Shown here: positions 9,253 through 19,372 of the stretch, in pieces
Position numbering within the stretch: position 1 is the stretch's first letter
How the letters are laid out: every line of letters begins with the position of its first letter
Source of the DNA: Bacteroidota bacterium
GTDB lineage: Bacteria; Bacteroidota; Bacteroidia; Chitinophagales; Saprospiraceae
Length of the DNA: 64,000 nucleotides
Reading direction: 5' to 3'
Assembly (NCBI GenBank): GCA_039199225.1
Contig: JBCCSZ010000001.1
Span: forward strand, 7,523-71,522
Notes under the pieces: generated by a model
The model's input: the letters and a program-made list of their open reading frames with translations, nothing else
What the model was told of the DNA's origin: nothing
Databases searched by the model: none
Translations under genes and position numbers: made by a program

Positions 9253-10424
9253 CAATGGCCGTCAACCGTCTAGCAATTCCTCTTCTTTTATTATTGCTCT
9301 GGGGCTGTTCTTCTCCGGAAACCAAGCCAGCTAGCCAGGAACCCGAACTTCTGAGCATTGACTCTACCTTTTCCACCTTTGCCGTAGATAGCTTACGGCT
9401 GTTATTCGCCGGCGATATTATGGGCCACGGCCCGCAAATCAAAGGTGCCGAACGGATAGAGGATGTGGCATACGACTATACCCCCTGCTTTAAACACATC
9501 AAACCGCTATTGGAAAAGGCTGACTTTGTGGTGGGCAATTTGGAGTTGACTTTGCCTGGAAAGCCTCCCTACCAAGGATTTCCCTACTTCAGGAGTCCGG
9601 ACGCGCTTTCTGCCGCCCTTGGATCGGCCGGCTTCGACCTCTTGCTCACTTCCAATAACCACGCTAATGATGCCCATCAAGCCGGCCTCCACCAAACGAT
9701 CGAAACGCTGCGGACACAACATTTTTACCAGACTGGCACCTTTAAAAATGAGTTGGAGCGGGCCTTGTACTACCCCCTGCTGGTTTACCGGAAAAGCTTT
9801 CGGTTGGCGTTTTTAAACTACACTTATGGGATGGGGCGGAAAAGTCGCTACGTACCCCGCTGGGTCAATCAGTTGGATACAGCGCTGGTTCGGGAGGATT
9901 TAGAGCAGGCGCGGCGCCTGCGCCCGGATGCCATCATCGTGTGTGTGCATTGGGGAAAGGAGTACAAAGACGAGCACAACAGCAAGCAGCGCCAGTGGGC
10001 CATGCAAATGCTGCGTTGGGGAGCCGACCTGATTGTAGGCGCCCACCCACATGTTGTACAGCCCATCGAAGAGCGATATATGAAAGAGCAAAATGGCCAC
10101 ATCAAAAAAACATTGGTGGCTTATTCTCTAGGAAATTTCATCTCCAACCAGCGAAAGCCACTGACTGATGGTGGTATATTACTAGATATTTGTCTCAAAA
10201 AAACAGAAAATGGCCGGACGGAAATTTCAGATTATCGCTACCATCCCATTTGGCGGCACATCCGGAAGAGACCTGGGCAGAAGACCGATTTTGAAGTTTT
10301 GCCCATTCGTCAGGCGGCGTCCGCTTCCAATCCCTTTAAGCTAGGAGCCAGCGCTCAGCGTCAAATGAAGCGCTACGAAAAATACATTCGGCAGCACCTG
10401 GGGGCGGAGTTAGAGGCAAAGTGA
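9249..10424 (+). CDS. CapA-family (metallophosphatase-like) lipoprotein
   Basis: 391 aa with a lipoprotein signal (LLLLLWGCSS) and CapA-like blocks: GDIMGH, LTSNNHANDA, VCVHWGKEY, GAHPHVVQP. The start overlaps the mrdA stop (ATGA). Confidence 0.75.
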   Translation: MTMAVNRLAIPLLLLLLWGCSSPETKPASQEPELLSIDSTFSTFAVDSLRLLFAGDIMGHGPQIKGAERIEDVAYDYTPCFKHIKPLLEKADFVVGNLELTLPGKPPYQGFPYFRSPDALSAALGSAGFDLLLTSNNHANDAHQAGLHQTIETLRTQHFYQTGTFKNELERALYYPLLVYRKSFRLAFLNYTYGMGRKSRYVPRWVNQLDTALVREDLEQARRLRPDAIIVCVHWGKEYKDEHNSKQRQWAMQMLRWGADLIVGAHPHVVQPIEERYMKEQNGHIKKTLVAYSLGNFISNQRKPLTDGGILLDICLKKTENGRTEISDYRYHPIWRHIRKRPGQKTDFEVLPIRQAASASNPFKLGASAQRQMKRYEKYIRQHLGAELEAK

Positions 10425-10526
10425 TGGGATATGCATCTTTATTCATGGCAGGCTTGCGTTGTCAGATGACCTAAAAAGCCAGCTCACTGGCTGAATGAAA
10501 GTCACAACTTGGATTATCTTTGATGC

Positions 10527-11255
10527 ATGAAAGCAATGATACTTGCGGCTGGTTTGGGTACGCGCCTGCGTCCACTTACAAATAATCGCCCCAAAGCCTT
10601 GGTGGAAGTAGATGGCATGCCACTTCTGGAAATAGCCATTCGCCGGCTGAAGGATGCGGGCTGTGAGGGCATTATTGTCAACATCCATCACTTTGGGTCT
10701 ATGATTCGCGCATTCCTGGCTCAAAGGGACTTTGGATTGCCCATAGAAATTTCTGATGAAAGCGGGCAATTGCTCGAAACGGGAGGAGGGCTCAAGAAAG
10801 CCCGTGGGTTTCTGGACGGAGCGCAGTCATTTTTGATGTACAATGCCGACATCCTGAGCAATATTGATCTGCGTAAGTTTTACGAACAGCACAACGATTC
10901 GGGAGCGCTGGCGACCCTCTCTGTTCGCCGCCGCGAGAGCAGTCGCTATCTGGTATTTGATGAACGGAATCAGCTTTGTGGTTGGACCAATGTGAAGACG
11001 GGCGTTTTGAAAATGTCCAGAGCCAAACAAGGTGTTTTTCAGTTCCTGGGATTTAGTGGGATACACGCCATCCATCCGGCTATTTTTGAGTTGATGCCCT
11101 CAGAGGCTGCTTTTTCCATTATTGATTTGTACCTCCAAGCTGCCCACTCACAAAAAATTATGGCTTATCCCCACGATCAAGACCTATGGTTGGATGTTGG
11201 AAAGCCCGAGGCGCTAAAAAAGGCGGATGTCCTTCTTCGACAAATCATGGAATGA
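10527..11255 (+). CDS. sugar-1-phosphate nucleotidyltransferase family protein (MurU/mannose-1-P guanylyltransferase-like)
   Basis: 242 aa. The N-terminal MILAAGLGTRLRPLT...PKALV is the G-x-G-T-R-L signature. Confidence 0.8.
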   Translation: MKAMILAAGLGTRLRPLTNNRPKALVEVDGMPLLEIAIRRLKDAGCEGIIVNIHHFGSMIRAFLAQRDFGLPIEISDESGQLLETGGGLKKARGFLDGAQSFLMYNADILSNIDLRKFYEQHNDSGALATLSVRRRESSRYLVFDERNQLCGWTNVKTGVLKMSRAKQGVFQFLGFSGIHAIHPAIFELMPSEAAFSIIDLYLQAAHSQKIMAYPHDQDLWLDVGKPEALKKADVLLRQIME

Positions 11256-11316
11256 TGAGAATTTAACTATCTTTGATTGCCAAGTAAGACCCAGCCTAAA
11301 GCGAAACCTACCAACT

Positions 11317-12033
11317 ATGAGCAAACTGCCAATCGGTACCTTCATCAATATGAGTACGGTCGTACTCGGAAGCATGATTGGGGTCATGCTCCAACAAGTC
11401 TTTCCCGAAAATATTCAAGCGATTGTTTTTCAGGCCATGGGGCTTGGTATCCTCATTTTGGGCCTTCAGATGAGCCTCAAATTGCAAGAAGGGCTGATGG
11501 TAATGTTCATATTTAGCCTCATTATCGGTGGTGTGTTTGGAGAATTGCTCGGAGTCAAAGCCCTCCTCGACAATTGTGAGATTTGGATGAAGACCAATTT
11601 CCAGTTGGGAGAACGGCAATTTTCCGAAGGGCTCATTGCTGCCTTGATTCTTTTTTGTGCCAGTCCCATTACCATAGTTGGAGCCATTGAGGAGGGGTTC
11701 CAGAACAAGCGGGAATTGATGTTGATAAAATCGGCCTTCGATGGTATTATGGCCGTTGCCCTAGCTTCTAGTTATGGCATTGGAGTGCTTTTTGCGATCC
11801 TTCCCATGCTGATTGTGCAGGGAGGCATTACCCTCCTAGCGGGAAAAGCCAAGCCATTGTTTACCAAAAATATCCTAGCGCTCATCAGTGGAATTGGTGG
11901 TGTCTTACTCATCGCCCTGTCTATCAAAATCTTAAAACTGGCAGAATTCTTTGTCGTTGCCAATCTACTACCCGCCTTGGTTGTCTGTGTTTTTGTAGCT
12001 TGGGGCTACGGCCGCCTCAAGGTGAAATTCTGA
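11317..12033 (+). CDS. DUF554-type polytopic membrane protein
   Basis: I prefer the internal ATG at 11317 (MSKLPIGTFINMSTVVLGS), because the track start at 11227 overlaps the upstream gene. The protein is glycine-rich and hydrophobic throughout. Confidence 0.7.
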   Translation: MSKLPIGTFINMSTVVLGSMIGVMLQQVFPENIQAIVFQAMGLGILILGLQMSLKLQEGLMVMFIFSLIIGGVFGELLGVKALLDNCEIWMKTNFQLGERQFSEGLIAALILFCASPITIVGAIEEGFQNKRELMLIKSAFDGIMAVALASSYGIGVLFAILPMLIVQGGITLLAGKAKPLFTKNILALISGIGGVLLIALSIKILKLAEFFVVANLLPALVVCVFVAWGYGRLKVKF

Positions 12034-12060
12034 GAAAGTCCCTCCCTAGGCTGGAAAGCA

Positions 12061-13176
12061 TCATTTATTCAAAATGAGAAAGGCAACCCGGCGATTGAGC
12101 TGCCGGCCTTCTTCATTGGCATTATCGGCAATTGGGCTGCTGCTGCCATAGCCTTTGAAGCGGCACCTGGCCCGGCTGATACCGTTTTTGTGCAAGTAGT
12201 CTACCACTGCCTTGGCGCGCCTTTGCGAAAGAGATAGGTTGTAGTTAAAGTCTCCCACACTGTCTGTATGTCCTTGTACCTCGATGATCAGCGTCGGATT
12301 GTTTTTCATAATGTCGAGAAGCTTATTCAGTTCTATGTAAGAACGTGGGAGCAATTCGGCCTTGTCTGTATCAAAGAAAATATTCCTCAGCTGGATCACC
12401 TTGCCTTTTTCCAGGACAGCCCGACTCAAATCGTCCTCTTTAACGGGAACTTCCAATATAGGGTCTTCCTTTTTGAGCAAGACATCGTCGATATAGTAAT
12501 AGGCATAATTGAGGTGATTGGAAACGGGAGCGCGGAAAAGCGTCAGGCTGTCGGGGCAAAAATTGCCGATGATGAGGTAGTTGGCCTCCGAGACCGCTTT
12601 GAAGCGACCGCTGATGCGGGTCCATTGCCGCGCTGAGACAATGTAATCGGCCTTTACCTGTGGTGTTAGATCGAGCGGACTGTCGGTTTTGACATTGACC
12701 ATCTCGTCTGAAAAGCAAAGTCCAATGTTGTTGATTTGTAAAGAACGCGGTAGATGGGACACCCAAAATTCGGCATAGTAGTTTTGGCCGACGACCAGAG
12801 GCTCTGCCAATTGAATTTGAACATACTCCCGGCAGTGGGGCTTGCCGCCATCACAACCATAGAGGGTCGTTCCAACCATTGAAGATCCACCATGCGCTTT
12901 CTGATCACCAAAACCCTTGGCTGCCCATTGCTTGGGAACACGGACTTTTGGACCGAAGATGTCGGGAGAAGCACCGGTGGCAGAGCTCCAATATTTCATA
13001 ACATCTGTGAAATGCTTGCCTTTGTAAAACCAGCCAATAGGGGTGCTAGAGTACAGCTCGAAACTTGCATTGGGGACAATATTGAAGCGATCCGGACCTT
13101 TGGCAGTTTGGCCGGGCAACACATATACCAACAAGCATAGAAAAACGATGGTGTATATTTTTCTCATCGAGATCAC
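12061..13176 (-). CDS. OmpA-family protein (C-terminal OmpA peptidoglycan-binding domain)
   Basis: 371 aa. The C-terminus (IIEVQGHTDSVGDFNYNLSLSQRRAKAVVDYL...NRRVAF) is a classical OmpA_C motif. It has an N-terminal signal peptide, and ATG 13167 is a possible alternative start. Confidence 0.8.
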   Translation of the reverse strand: MISMRKIYTIVFLCLLVYVLPGQTAKGPDRFNIVPNASFELYSSTPIGWFYKGKHFTDVMKYWSSATGASPDIFGPKVRVPKQWAAKGFGDQKAHGGSSMVGTTLYGCDGGKPHCREYVQIQLAEPLVVGQNYYAEFWVSHLPRSLQINNIGLCFSDEMVNVKTDSPLDLTPQVKADYIVSARQWTRISGRFKAVSEANYLIIGNFCPDSLTLFRAPVSNHLNYAYYYIDDVLLKKEDPILEVPVKEDDLSRAVLEKGKVIQLRNIFFDTDKAELLPRSYIELNKLLDIMKNNPTLIIEVQGHTDSVGDFNYNLSLSQRRAKAVVDYLHKNGISRARCRFKGYGSSSPIADNANEEGRQLNRRVAFLILNK

Positions 13177-13351
13177 TGATGTAATTAAGCGCTTACTCCT
13201 AGCTACGAAGAATTCGCAAATTAAACCAATTGATTAACGAATTAGTAGCGCACATCCGTATGTTTGTTTCCACTGTCAATTCTTTTATACGGAATCTTTT
13301 CTCGGAAGGTTTTGCAGGAAGGCGGATAAAGACAAGAAAAATGGCTGGAAA

Positions 13352-13380
13352 TAAAAAAGACCCCTGATGGACAGGAGCCT
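13352..13380 (-). terminator. putative intrinsic terminator after tRNA-Asn
   Basis: The minus strand reads CTCCTG-TCCAT-CAGGGG (6 bp including one G-U pair), followed by TCTTTTTTATTT. Confidence 0.4.
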
Positions 13381-13384
13381 TTTG

Positions 13385-13458
13385 CGCCTCAGGTAGGGCT
13401 CGAACCTACGACCTACGGATTAACAGTCCGCCGCTCTAACCAGCTGAGCTACTGAGGC
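13385..13458 (-). tRNA. tRNA-Asn (anticodon GTT)
   Basis: Hand-folded cloverleaf, 74 nt:
- acceptor GCCTCAG/CTGAGGC
- D arm GCTC..GAGC
- anticodon stem GCGGA/TCCGT with loop CTGTTAA
- T arm GTAGG-TTCGAGC-CCTAC
- discriminator G
No CCA is encoded. Confidence 0.9.
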
Positions 13459-13609
13459 ATTGAGTCAATTTGTTAGCCTCCCTTTCAGAGGCGAGTGCAA
13501 AGTTATTACATTTAGAAGAAAAGCGCAAAGGTTTTTGCTCAAAAATATTTCACTATACCCATTTCAAGATGGTATATTTGCAACGAAAAATCAAAAACTC
13601 ATACAAATT

Positions 13610-14527
13610 ATGGATTTAGTCAGTGTTGGAACGGTTGCCTTTGATACCATCGAAACGCCCTATGGCAAGGCTGAGCGTGTCGTAGGGGGGGCAGCTACCT
13701 ATATTTCTTTAGCCGCTTCTTACTTCACCAAAAACATCGGCTTGGTTTCAGTAGTCGGAGATGACTTTCCCGAAAGCGAGTTGAAATACATGCAAAAAAG
13801 GGGCATCAACCTGGAAGGGCTACAGATCAAAGAAGGGGAAAAATCCTTTTTCTGGGCTGGCCGCTATCATTCTAACATGAACCAGCGCGACACCCTCACA
13901 ACAGAACTGAATGTGTTGGCTGACTTCAATCCCAAGCTGCCGGAATCCTATCGCCATGCTAAAATCCTGATGCTTGGTAATCTGACGCCTGAAATTCAAA
14001 TGAAGGTCATCCGCCAGATGAAAAAGCAGCCCAAGTTGATCGTTTTGGATACGATGAACTTTTGGATGGATGTTGCCATGCCTGCGCTCAAAAAGGTGAT
14101 CAAGAAAGTTGATGTACTGACAATCAACGATGAGGAGGCGCGCCAGCTTTCTGGAGAATACTCGCTCGTCAAGGCTGCCAAGATCATCCACAAGATGGGA
14201 CCTAAGTTTTTGATCGTCAAAAAAGGAGAGCACGGCGCTTTGCTGTTTCAGGGCGACAACATATTCTTTGCTCCCGCCCTACCGTTGGCTGAGGTCTACG
14301 ATCCAACGGGCGCCGGAGATACCTTTGCTGGTGGTTTTACAGGCTACCTGGCACAGAGCGGACGCCCTACCATGGCCAACCTTCGCCGCGGCGTCATCTA
14401 TGGCTCGGCACTGGCATCTTTTTGTGTCGAGGAGTTTAGCATTGGCCGTCTCAAAGGATTGGGCAAAAGAGAAATCAACAGCCGCGTCAAACGCTTCGGC
14501 AAATTGGTTCACTTTGACATGCCCTAA
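13610..14527 (+). CDS. PfkB-family carbohydrate kinase
   Basis: I prefer ATG 13610 (MDLVSVGTVAFD), because the track start at 13460 abuts the tRNA. The C-terminal DPTGAGDTFAGGF is the PfkB signature 2. Confidence 0.8.
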   Translation: MDLVSVGTVAFDTIETPYGKAERVVGGAATYISLAASYFTKNIGLVSVVGDDFPESELKYMQKRGINLEGLQIKEGEKSFFWAGRYHSNMNQRDTLTTELNVLADFNPKLPESYRHAKILMLGNLTPEIQMKVIRQMKKQPKLIVLDTMNFWMDVAMPALKKVIKKVDVLTINDEEARQLSGEYSLVKAAKIIHKMGPKFLIVKKGEHGALLFQGDNIFFAPALPLAEVYDPTGAGDTFAGGFTGYLAQSGRPTMANLRRGVIYGSALASFCVEEFSIGRLKGLGKREINSRVKRFGKLVHFDMP

Positions 14528-16650
14528 GGCGTAACCCTCAGCGTCCCACGCATCACACTGTGGTGGCCTGGTACGGTACAAACATAAGTGTAGTTGCCCG
14601 GTTTTTTGGGAGCGACGAAAAAGATCGACTCCGAAGTGCCGGGCGGCAATAACCTTGTGTGAAACAAAACCTTAGCGGTATTGGGTATGTGGTTTTTTTC
14701 CACACCCCGAATCCCCAATTTCATAGCCATTGTTCCCACGGCATCCCCCTGATTGGGGGTGGTGATTACAACATTATGCGGCATATCGTCATTGTTGTAA
14801 AAGGACCATTTTACCCGGCTTCCTGCTTTGACTGTGACGGTCTTTTGGTCGTATTTCAAACCTGGTAGGGTAGACAATACAATGGTCTGATCGATCTTAG
14901 CCCAAGATGCTGGCTTCTTGGTAACCCTTTTGCGCGAACGCGCTGTGGTTGTCTTGGCCTTATTGACTTTCTTCTTTTTTGGTGCTGCTTTCTTCTTTGT
15001 CTTCTCAGCCGACATCTCCATGCTGTGTTGATGGTTGCTGTGTTCCATCTTTTTGGGCGCAGGCAAAGGCGGAAGGTCTGCTAAATTGAGTTTTTTGCCA
15101 TCTGGAATATTATTGAGGGTGTAATAGGCAGCGCTGTGCAATAGCGGAACACCATCTGTGTAAGATTTAATGCCGGGAGCATTGATCTCGTGGACAAACT
15201 TTTCGCGCATGCCGTCTACGACAATACGCGCTTTGAGGCCATCCCTGGAAACGAGAATCCCTTTGATGGTACAATCCTGGTTGTCGACTGCTGGGCTGCC
15301 ATACACTGGGTGGTATTTGTAAATAAAGCTTGTCAAGGCGTAAGAAGCCGGGTCTTGAGCAGATGCCTTGTCCACAGGTTGCGTAAACTCAATCTCAAAA
15401 CCATCCGGCATTGCCTTGACGGTTTTCATTTCAAAAGGAACTTTACCTGTCCACACCAGTCGTTGTAAACCATAAGGGTCTTTACCAGTGGACCCCCAGC
15501 CTCTATTGGTTTGCCCGACGAACATCGATCCGTCGTTGCCCCAGCACATGCGCAATACCCCCGATTGAAAGCCTTCCACAAAACCAAAAGCGGCCCCTTG
15601 ATAGCTGCCTTTGACTTTCTCTAATGCCACCCGAACCACCTTGCTCTGCCCCTGGTCGCCAATGAACATCTGACCTGTAAACGGCCCGAAAGCTCCTCCG
15701 GTACTGTCCACGATAATCTCCGAAGTGGAAATCCCCAAAACTCCATGTGGCAGCCATACTGCTGGCAGCTTAACTGCGGGAAGTTCTTTGGCCAAGGCGA
15801 ATAGAGGTGTCGGTTTCTCATCTGGAATATTTTCTGGTTTACTAGGTGGCTGACCAGGTCCAGCCAAGCGCGGGCTAACCCTGTAGTAGATGTCGTTGGT
15901 TTGTAATTTTACGGGTGAATTGGGTAAGTTTGCCCAGCGTAGACCAGCAGGATGACCTGTAAAGTCGCCCTTTTCGACATGGACCAATCCACCAGAACCC
16001 ATCCAGTCTCCTTGATTATCAGCATAAAAAAATTCGCCATCGAACATGCCGATGCCACATGGTGAGCGCATCCCAGTAGCAAAAGGCTCCATGTCTCCAT
16101 CTGGGCTAATCTTCATGGTCCAGCCCCGCCAGGGAACGCGGCTTTCGCCTCGCCACCACTCGACATCTCCAAAAGCCACATTACCTGTGACATACATATC
16201 GCCATTTGCTGCTACTTTGGGTCCGAACGAATATTCGTGGTAATGCCCAGAAAGGGGCCATACGTATACCGCTTCGTAAAGGTCGGCCTGGCCGTCGCCA
16301 TTTTCGTCGACCAGCTTTGTCAGTTCTCCGCGTTGGGCAGCGTAGAAGGCATTATCCCGATAGGCCAGCCCCAGGATTTCGTGCAAGCCGCTGGCGAAAC
16401 GTCGGTAGAGCGGATTGCGTTCATTGCGCATGTAAGGGTTTTCAACCGTCCAGATTTCTCCCCGGCGGGTTGAAACAGCCAACATATCATTGGGCAAAGT
16501 GGTCAGCCCTCCAACCTCCATGACCAGTCCTTCGGGCAGTGGTAGGGTGATGATTTTATAGTAATCTGACTCTTTTGGAGCGCTGTTTTGAGCTTGTAAG
16601 GCAATCGTATAAAAGAGCGTAATTATTAGTATGAAGAAAAAACGATTCAT
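14524..16650 (-). CDS. secreted beta-propeller (membrane-bound-dehydrogenase-like domain) protein with a C-terminal azurin-type cupredoxin domain
   Basis: ATG 16650 gives MNRFFFILIITLFYTIALQAQ, a signal peptide. A long propeller-like N-terminal part is followed by a Lys-rich linker (KKKAAPKKKKVNKAK). The C-terminus (MPHNVV...YTYVCTVPGHHSVMRGTL) matches the His/Cys/His/Met type-1 copper ligand pattern of azurin. No CxxCH motif is present. Confidence 0.75.
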   Translation of the reverse strand: MNRFFFILIITLFYTIALQAQNSAPKESDYYKIITLPLPEGLVMEVGGLTTLPNDMLAVSTRRGEIWTVENPYMRNERNPLYRRFASGLHEILGLAYRDNAFYAAQRGELTKLVDENGDGQADLYEAVYVWPLSGHYHEYSFGPKVAANGDMYVTGNVAFGDVEWWRGESRVPWRGWTMKISPDGDMEPFATGMRSPCGIGMFDGEFFYADNQGDWMGSGGLVHVEKGDFTGHPAGLRWANLPNSPVKLQTNDIYYRVSPRLAGPGQPPSKPENIPDEKPTPLFALAKELPAVKLPAVWLPHGVLGISTSEIIVDSTGGAFGPFTGQMFIGDQGQSKVVRVALEKVKGSYQGAAFGFVEGFQSGVLRMCWGNDGSMFVGQTNRGWGSTGKDPYGLQRLVWTGKVPFEMKTVKAMPDGFEIEFTQPVDKASAQDPASYALTSFIYKYHPVYGSPAVDNQDCTIKGILVSRDGLKARIVVDGMREKFVHEINAPGIKSYTDGVPLLHSAAYYTLNNIPDGKKLNLADLPPLPAPKKMEHSNHQHSMEMSAEKTKKKAAPKKKKVNKAKTTTARSRKRVTKKPASWAKIDQTIVLSTLPGLKYDQKTVTVKAGSRVKWSFYNNDDMPHNVVITTPNQGDAVGTMAMKLGIRGVEKNHIPNTAKVLFHTRLLPPGTSESIFFVAPKKPGNYTYVCTVPGHHSVMRGTLRVTP

Positions 16651-16674
16651 GTCAAATTCGATTTTGAACAATCT

Positions 16675-18522
16675 TTAAAAAACGATGGAATAGCTGAACT
16701 CGGATGTTTCAGCCAGGCGAACCAGAAGTTCCTGTTGGTCATCCACAGATCGGATGCTGGCCGATTGGTTGGCGTGTAAGTGAATGTAGTACCGCTGATC
16801 ATCGATGCTGTACCAACCATTTTCGTGTGCCTGTATTTTGCTGCCAGCCGCCAGGCGAAAATGAAGTTGTCCTTCTGTGGAGCCTTCCAGTTTGATCTCC
16901 CGGGTCAATTTTTTACCCTCCTCTTCTGGGTAAAGTTTGTCGAAGACCTTGAGGCCATAAGCTTGGTATTGAAAAGTGGGGTATCCTTCTTCATCTAATC
17001 GGTAACCTTTAAAACGGTAGGCAGCCTCTTGGTCTAAGGAGTCGCACCAACTGACCTCTGGGGCCGTCAGCTGCCAAAGGTCGGGAGCGGCATCTAGCTC
17101 TAGCAAGCTGCCGCGAGGTCTGGAACTACCGTCGCCCCGCTCGTTCCACATTGGCGTGGCATCCAGAAAATCACCTCTCCAAATTTGGAGCAGATTGCCC
17201 TCGTCCAAATCGTAGGTATAGTGCAGTTTTTCCTCATGGCCAGCCGAAATGGCATGAACGATTCGGTTCTTCAAGGAGCGATCATACCCCTTGAAATCGA
17301 CAAAGCATCGGATGAGCTTCACATCCTGGTCTGCATCGATTAGGATGGGATTGACGGGGCGATTGAGCAAGAAAGACGAAGCAATGTGGGTCGGGGCTAG
17401 CCGAAACCCTGGCCCCTGTATGAACAGCCCAAGTCGAGGTTGCATCCAACCTTCTCGCTTGGCATAGGTGATAACGAAAGGGACCTTCCCTTTTGGTAGT
17501 TGCATGCTGCGGCTGCGCTCGTTCCAACCTTCGGGAATCAAAAGACTGTCTTGGAGCGTCAAGCTGGTATTTTCATTGCCAGAAAGTTTGAAAAAGTAGG
17601 AACCACTCGTTTCGATGTTGATGTGGCCTTTGTAGCGAATGGCATATTCGTTTTTTCGTCGGGCTACTTCCCAGGTGAATTCTTCTGTTGTCCCTGTCAA
17701 ATCCGGTGTCAGCTTGCTAAAATCCGGAATTTTGTCGTAAGGTCCATAGTAGACTTCGTACTGGATGTCTTCCAGCTTGATGGGAGGCTTGCTGTAGTCG
17801 AGCAAACGGATGTTGCGAAAAGCTACTGGTCCGTGGTCGCCCTGTATCATCAAGGGTCCTCTTGGTGCTTCTTCTTGGAAGGCAGGTCCTCGGGTTGGGC
17901 CGGTGAGCTCTACATCTTCCTGGATGAGTGTTTCGTTGAGCCACACTTCCAATATGCGGGCATTGGCAATTTTCCGGCCCTGAGCATCAAATCGAGGGGC
18001 CTGAAAGGAGATTCTCATTTTTTGCCATAAGCCAGGAGCGCGGCAAGTATTGGCCCTGGGTGCATGGCCCTGATACCCCTTTTTTCCTTCCGGCTTCGAG
18101 TCATCCCAACGCTCATAAATACCACCACAGTCGTTGTAGTAAGGGTTTTGCTTGCCCCAGGAATCCAGCAGCTGAATTTCATAGCGTCCTTGTAGGTAAA
18201 TACCGGAATTTGATTTGCGAGCCATCATAAATTCCAATTCCAGGTCCATGTCGCCATATTCTCCCAGGCTGAAGAGGTTGCCCTTGGTCTGTTCATTGGG
18301 CAGGTTGATTAAGACCCCCTTGCCTGGGCTACTGGCCAAGTGCTTGTCTTTTGAGATATTTGCCATGGCGCTGCCTACAATGCTCCAATTGGCGGAGGGA
18401 TCTTTAAAAAACGATAAATCATCCAAGCTTACTGCGTCATCGGTCGATTTGCTTGCTTGTGCTTTTACCTGGCTGATCATGGAAAAGCAGGGCAAAAGCA
18501 GGAAGAGAAAGTATTTGATCAT
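16675..18522 (-). CDS. DUF1080 (3-keto-disaccharide hydrolase-like) domain protein with PA14-like and further beta-rich domains
   Basis: 615 aa with a signal peptide. The block NSGIYLQGRYEIQLLDSWG...GPVAFRNIRL is typical of DUF1080. The middle region resembles PA14. Confidence 0.7.
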   Translation of the reverse strand: MIKYFLFLLLPCFSMISQVKAQASKSTDDAVSLDDLSFFKDPSANWSIVGSAMANISKDKHLASSPGKGVLINLPNEQTKGNLFSLGEYGDMDLELEFMMARKSNSGIYLQGRYEIQLLDSWGKQNPYYNDCGGIYERWDDSKPEGKKGYQGHAPRANTCRAPGLWQKMRISFQAPRFDAQGRKIANARILEVWLNETLIQEDVELTGPTRGPAFQEEAPRGPLMIQGDHGPVAFRNIRLLDYSKPPIKLEDIQYEVYYGPYDKIPDFSKLTPDLTGTTEEFTWEVARRKNEYAIRYKGHINIETSGSYFFKLSGNENTSLTLQDSLLIPEGWNERSRSMQLPKGKVPFVITYAKREGWMQPRLGLFIQGPGFRLAPTHIASSFLLNRPVNPILIDADQDVKLIRCFVDFKGYDRSLKNRIVHAISAGHEEKLHYTYDLDEGNLLQIWRGDFLDATPMWNERGDGSSRPRGSLLELDAAPDLWQLTAPEVSWCDSLDQEAAYRFKGYRLDEEGYPTFQYQAYGLKVFDKLYPEEEGKKLTREIKLEGSTEGQLHFRLAAGSKIQAHENGWYSIDDQRYYIHLHANQSASIRSVDDQQELLVRLAETSEFSYSIVF

Positions 18523-18578
18523 TTTATTAACAGGTTACATCAATTTTAGCCTTACGACTCGTCTACAACAAAAGTTTT

Positions 18579-19367
18579 TTATCCTACAATCAAGTGTCCA
18601 CCATCTGCGGTAAACACAGAACCGGTGCAGTAACTGGATGCATCGGAGGCCAAGTAAACGGCCAGTCCAGCCATTTCGTCGGGCTGCGCCATTCGTTTCA
18701 TGGGGAGGTGATTTTCGAATTGCTGCAGGATTTCTTCATTTTCCCAAAGCGCAGAGCTGAATTTTGTCTGTATCAGTCCCGGACAAACGACGTTGACGCG
18801 GATGTTGTACTTGCCCCATTCTTTTGCTTGGCTTTTGGTCAGCATAATCAGTGCAGCCTTGCTGACGCTGTACAGGCCGAGTCCAAAACTAGGCTTTACA
18901 CCTTCGACGGAGGAAATGTGGATAACCGAACCGCTGCCTTGTTTTTTCATGATGGGAAAGACGTCGTTACTCAGGGCGAAAGGCGCCTTGACGTTGACGT
19001 CCATGATTTTATCGAACACATCATTCTCGGTTTTGGCCAGGGGACCAAAGAAAGGGTTGATGGCGGCATTGTTGATGAGGACATCGATGCGCCCATATTT
19101 TTCCATGGTTTTTTCGATCAATTGCTGACGCTGTGCTTCATCTCCCACATGACAGGCGATACCGACGGCTTCGAGGCCATCTGCCTTAAAGCCTTCGGCC
19201 ACTTGGTCTACAGATTCTTGCTTGCGGCTGCTGATGACGACTTTGGCGCCGAGTTCGGCCATTCCTCTGGCCATGGATTCGCCGATGCCCTTGCTGGCGC
19301 CGGTCACGACTGCTACCTTGCCGTCGAGGCGGAATAAGGGACTGATGCGTTGACTTTTCACTTCCAT
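18579..19367 (-). CDS. SDR-family oxidoreductase
   Basis: I prefer ATG 19367 (MEVKSQRISP...KVAVVTGASKGIG). It has the TGxxxGxG motif, NNAA, and catalytic YxxxK (YSVSKAAL). Confidence 0.85.
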   Translation of the reverse strand: MEVKSQRISPLFRLDGKVAVVTGASKGIGESMARGMAELGAKVVISSRKQESVDQVAEGFKADGLEAVGIACHVGDEAQRQQLIEKTMEKYGRIDVLINNAAINPFFGPLAKTENDVFDKIMDVNVKAPFALSNDVFPIMKKQGSGSVIHISSVEGVKPSFGLGLYSVSKAALIMLTKSQAKEWGKYNIRVNVVCPGLIQTKFSSALWENEEILQQFENHLPMKRMAQPDEMAGLAVYLASDASSYCTGSVFTADGGHLIVG

Positions 19368-19372
19368 ATAAT

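Noticed and set aside
13177-13460. Integrated element at tRNA-Asn.
   Set aside because: No integrase, no direct repeat of the tRNA 3' end, and both flanking genes are ordinary (an OmpA-family gene and a PfkB kinase gene).
13460-13609. N-terminal extension of the PfkB kinase ORF (TTG at 13460).
   Set aside because: The extension starts 2 nt from the tRNA gene and has a non-protein-like sequence. ATG 13610 gives the canonical kinase N-terminus.
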